The translations under genes and the position numbers were made by a program. From NCBI GenBank assembly GCA_009602725.1, contig WELB01000001.1, forward strand, positions 112,272 through 153,576: a stretch of DNA of 41,305 nucleotides. Reading direction: 5' to 3'. Under the pieces are notes generated by a model. It was not told the origin of the DNA. It searched no databases and saw nothing but the letters and a program-made list of their open reading frames with translations. Every line of letters begins with the position of its first letter. Position 1 is the first letter of the stretch. Positions 37,058 to 41,305 of this stretch are shown piece after piece. This DNA comes from Spirogloea muscicola. Taxonomy: Eukaryota.

Positions 37058-37492
37058 ATTCCCATCAATACAACTGTATCCGCCCAAAGTAGGTACAAAT
37101 GCCCCAGCACCTCTGCTTTTGTCGCAATCACAAAATCTCTCCACCTCAGTATCATGTTACGCATAGAGCACGAAAGTTGTCATTACTCCATATGTTCGAA
37201 TAGCTGTTGCTAGGATTCCCGATTGCCGGATGGCATTTGCTTGGTGCATGCCTTGGTGCATGCTTAAGTGCTCACTGAGGGGCCTTTGCCCTACTAAAAG
37301 CTACACAGAGATGAGACACGAGGTGCCTAAATCTTTCTACGCTGTCTAGCCAAGGAGGTGTAAGGATACAGCAAGCCTCGTGAAGCATCCAGGCCAAGGC
37401 CAGTGTGCCACCTGCTGCGCTACTGCGAATGCCGCAGTTACTTATATTACATAGTTGCATTGGCTAAGAGCTAAGGCTCAGAATAATGGTCA

Positions 37493-40400
37493 CTATATCT
37501 GGAAGTCCTCATACGCTCGGCCGAGTACTGCAGTAACCGCAGCAAAGTACTTCGGCTCCTTCCTCTGTATCTCCGCAAGTGTCATGCTTTCATGCTCCTC
37601 GGCCTGCGGGTGGGCAATACCGGCACAATTAGAACCAGGTCTTGATGTTAGTGCATCCCAGCCCAAAGCCCATGATATACGTGTGCCTCATCAATGCAAC
37701 TCACCTCCTGGAAGGTGAGAAGGACAAGGTTAGCAATGTCTGGCGGCTGAGACTGGTCCCACCTGCAAATAAGGAACAAGCCCACTGAGAGCTGCAATGT
37801 GGCTACCAAGTAAGCCTGGCTGGTCAGCAAGGGCCAGTGTCATCAGGCATAACCGACAGTCTCGGCAGTGCTTTCAGCAAGTCTTGATCCTGTAATTACT
37901 GCTCATTGGATGCAAGGCTCCGTGGGCTTCTGAGGAGTGGCATTAAGGAGAACCTTGTAAGCGTCATGTTGTTCATCGAGCGCCACATTCCACGGCCAAC
38001 TTCTCTGCCGCCCTGGTCCCTTGCACTCCGACCCCGCCAAAGCTCCCTCACCACATATGCAACTTCCTCCTCGTCCACCTACAAAAATCTTCGTGTCAGG
38101 ACCAAAGTAAGCCATTCACAAACAGCTGAACAGCTAGAGGTGGGAACTTGAGATTCGACATTTCAGATATACCATTTTGTGGCAAATGAGGGACAGCATC
38201 CAGTAGCATGTACAATAAGAAGGGCGCATCACCGCCAAGGGTCCTACCTCTACTGCAGCTGCTGACCCAAAGCGAAGCTCCTCCCGCTCGACCAGCCTTC
38301 TGTGTAGAAGAGCATAATGCTCGAGGCCCAGCTGCAGCACAGGCTCGGTGCGTACCGAGAGACCTGCCAGCGTGATGAGCACGTGGGTTGCCATGGCCTG
38401 GCCAAAGATTGCTGGAATGGTTCCAAGAACAGGGATGATCCGAACTCGGAAGCCAGGGACAATCTGCAGACGATAACATTGACACGGTGGACCCGTCAAA
38501 GGAAGTGCATGCAGCTCAATATCATGTAATCGAGAGTTTTCGACCATTAACATCAAGGCGGCAGGTGGACTAGATATCATATTGCTGCCAAATCCATGTT
38601 AAGTGTGAGATGCCTTGATTAAGCTGGTGCTTGTTATAGGGTGCCATCTGCTAACCTGGTAATCCAACGGGTTTGCTTCTTGTCCCATCAGCGTCTCAAA
38701 TGGTAAGAGCTTTGCCTTGGGTCGCTCGGTAGAAAAGACCACAGCAATCCCTTCCTCAATGCCATGCTCCCTCCTCAAACGGTACCTGACCTATCCCCCA
38801 AGAATCAATCCACGAAGTAAGCAAAGGCCGCCCTCTGATGTCCATTTGACTGTTGTCTACTCTTTTCCCCAGGTTCAGCTTTTGCCCTTCCAGGGACAGC
38901 TGATGCCTTTTAAAACCAATCTGCTCTTTGACAGTCTGCTCACTTACTGCGCGAGAAAGAGGATCCACAGATGACTCGCTAATGTCCGCAATTCGAATGC
39001 GAGTTGGGTCTGCCCGAGCTCCTGCACCAGTTGCGCTTAACACGCGCAGCTTTCTCTTGTAGCAAGCGGCCAGGAGAGCCACCTGTTGCAGAGTGAGCAA
39101 GAGCTAGCTGCAGTGAATAGACAGCATGAACGCTACATGTTCAGATGATAACAGATGAGCATGCTACAAGTGAAGAATGTCAATCAGGTAAAGAAGCGAG
39201 CTTCTGTGACAAAAAGCAGCACGTGTTGAGCAGCACACCTTTGTGTCGATATTGTCAATGCAGTCAAGAACATAGTCGGGAGCCCCAGCAAGGATGTCAT
39301 CCCCATTTGACGTGTCAAACATGGCGACGCGGGCATCAATGTCTGCCTCTGGGAAGATCTTTGCAAAGTGGTTGCGCAGGCATATGGCTTTGGCAATACC
39401 AACGTCACTCCTGGTTGCTACGGCGTGGCGATTCAGAGAGGACAAAGAGACCTGCGCATATGTTACATACTCTGGACATTTTAAGACCTGGGTATGTGTT
39501 TGTGTAAGAACACCTGTTGATGTTCATTTGCGAGGCCCAATGAAATAGAGGAGCAAAGCAACTGTTGTGATGAGCTCTCTTGCCTGGTCAAAGTCAACGA
39601 TTCGTATTCGGCCAATGCCCGACCGAAGCAGCATTGTGGCGGCATGGGATCCTACGCCACCAAGGCCAACGACGATGACAAAAGCTCCATGTATTCGTAG
39701 TTGGCCTTCCTCACCAAAAAATTGAGCATTCCTGTAATTCGCAGATGAACTGTCACCTTTTGTATCCAGAAAATCTTGCTGGCAGGTCAAAGAATGCTCA
39801 CAGACCTAACACCATCAGTCCTTCCCATTTATCAAATGTAACCTTGACTTATCTGTAGCTTCCATGGCTGAAAGTCAAGGGGGTACCTTGTGAATTGCTC
39901 ACTTATGATGTCGTCATGCTGAGCTGCAAGAGTAGCAGGGCCAAGGTTGCTTGAGGATGAAGGCGATATGGAGCTGGATGATTTCCCGACTGATCCGGAA
40001 TAGGCCAGCTGAGAATGTCCATTCCCATTGACTGGCACACCAGAGTTCACATGGATTAGCATTTCCATTTCACTGGCTTCGCATGACTGCAGCCATTTCA
40101 TGAGTGCCATCAAGTGTGCCTTCACAACCTAAAATCCACCGGTCTTGCACTGATGGTATTCTATTTGTGCCTGCAGCACTTGGGCAGCTATTACTGCACC
40201 AAGGACGATAGCCTCACAAGATCATTCATGCATGTCTGTGCCACTGTCCTGTTGAGCACTGCACCTAGCACTCACACCTTGGTTAGTATTTGGAGCGAAG
40301 GAGAATGTGCCCCTGGCGTCTGGTATCGCCCAGGCCTGCTTCGTGGGAGTGCTAGGAGCTGACCGCAACCTTCCCCTAGCCTGCCATGATCGCCATTCTC

Positions 40401-40752
40401 TGCGGAGAGCATGGGCAAGGTGGGAGTCGATGAGCAGCATTGCAGGTGTGTGCAACTAGGCCAATGGCGAGAGGCTGAAGGAAACATCGATACCTCTTAA
40501 AAGAGTTCCATATCACGCAGCTCTTGTCCTTAGCTTTGTCACTGGGTAGTGAAGAGAAATGGATCAGGGTGTTATGCATCACGCTAGCTTGACGGTGATA
40601 ACAGATGCAGGTTACAATGCAGTCTGCCAGACGTACTTCCAGCTCCACTGCCGCCGCGGGGAGAGGGCGAAGCGAGCCACTGCCAGGGCGAGGCACGAGC
40701 CGATGGCGATGCCGGCTGCAAACGTGATCACACTCTGTTGCTGCAGCGGCAT
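37493..40752 (-). CDS. tRNA threonylcarbamoyladenosine dehydratase (ThiF/E1-like, TcdA/TCD1-2 family) with N-terminal TM anchor, multi-exon
   Basis: ITFAAGIAIGSCLALAVARF, DDIISEQFTRNAQFFG, VVGLGGVGSHAATMLLRSGIGRIRIVDFDQVSLSSLNRHAVAT, YVLDCIDNIDTK, ATGAGARADPTR, DPLSRA, FSTERP, FRVRIIPVLGTIPAIFG. Confidence 0.93.
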
Positions 40753-41305
40753 GTCGCAAGCCTGCAGTTATAGACCCCGACAGCCATTGCACTTCCGCGT
40801 GCTACGATTCCTCAAGCTCGGAGCCCGTTGATGAGGCAAGGCAACGGTCCTCTGCTCCATCTTGCCGAGGGCTCCACCCCGCCAGCTACATTGCGACCGT
40901 CGCCAGCCTGATCACGAAGGCCTGGTCATGCGCGCGGCTGTGCAGCGACCGCTCTGCAACTGTCCCAGGAACGAGTCCGCCGCCTGTTGGAACTGCCGGA
41001 GCCGCTATCGCGAGACGGAGGGGCTCGTTGCTTCTCGGAGCCGAAGCCAAAGGCCTGCTCTGGCCCTTTGCAAGCACCGCCTGCAGTCTGGAGGCGCCAG
41101 AGGCCACGGAGAAGAGCTCCAGCGCCGTCCCGCCGCGCAGCAGGCCACAGGCCGAGCGCCGTCACAAGCGGAGACGAGGCTCCCGCGCCGCGTCTAGAGC
41201 GATCAAAGTGCCGCGCGGCGGCGCAGAAGCGGCCGGCGGCGGCTGAGCTCTCGTCGGCGCGCCCGCGCGCCGCGAGGGAGCGGCGGAGGCGGAGGCGGCG
41301 GCGGC

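Overview
GC-rich, intron-rich eukaryotic nuclear DNA, most consistent with a streptophyte green alga: proteins are land-plant-like, introns are short GT-AG, and TTTAGGG repeats are present. Eight spliced genes were reconstructed by eye: a GBF-type bZIP (+), CCT1/TCP-1 alpha (-), MKK3 with NTF2 domain (+), isoamylase ISA2 (-), Integrator subunit 3 (+), a TrhO/STR7-like rhodanese (+), an unidentified membrane-protein gene (+) and a TcdA/TCD tRNA dehydratase (-). Two intergenic islands (about 7.95-11.33 kb and 30.66-31.82 kb) are built largely from truncated, sometimes inverted 3' ends of one non-LTR retrotransposon family that looks CRE-clade/RLE-type. Most copies end in a conserved GGGCTGGC stem-loop, and the last copy runs straight into a telomeric TTTAGGG/TTAGGG tract. 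Four single Ns (24499, 32278, 35215, 36269) probably mark assembly gaps. All family assignments come from recalled motifs, not database searches, and exon coordinates are approximate.
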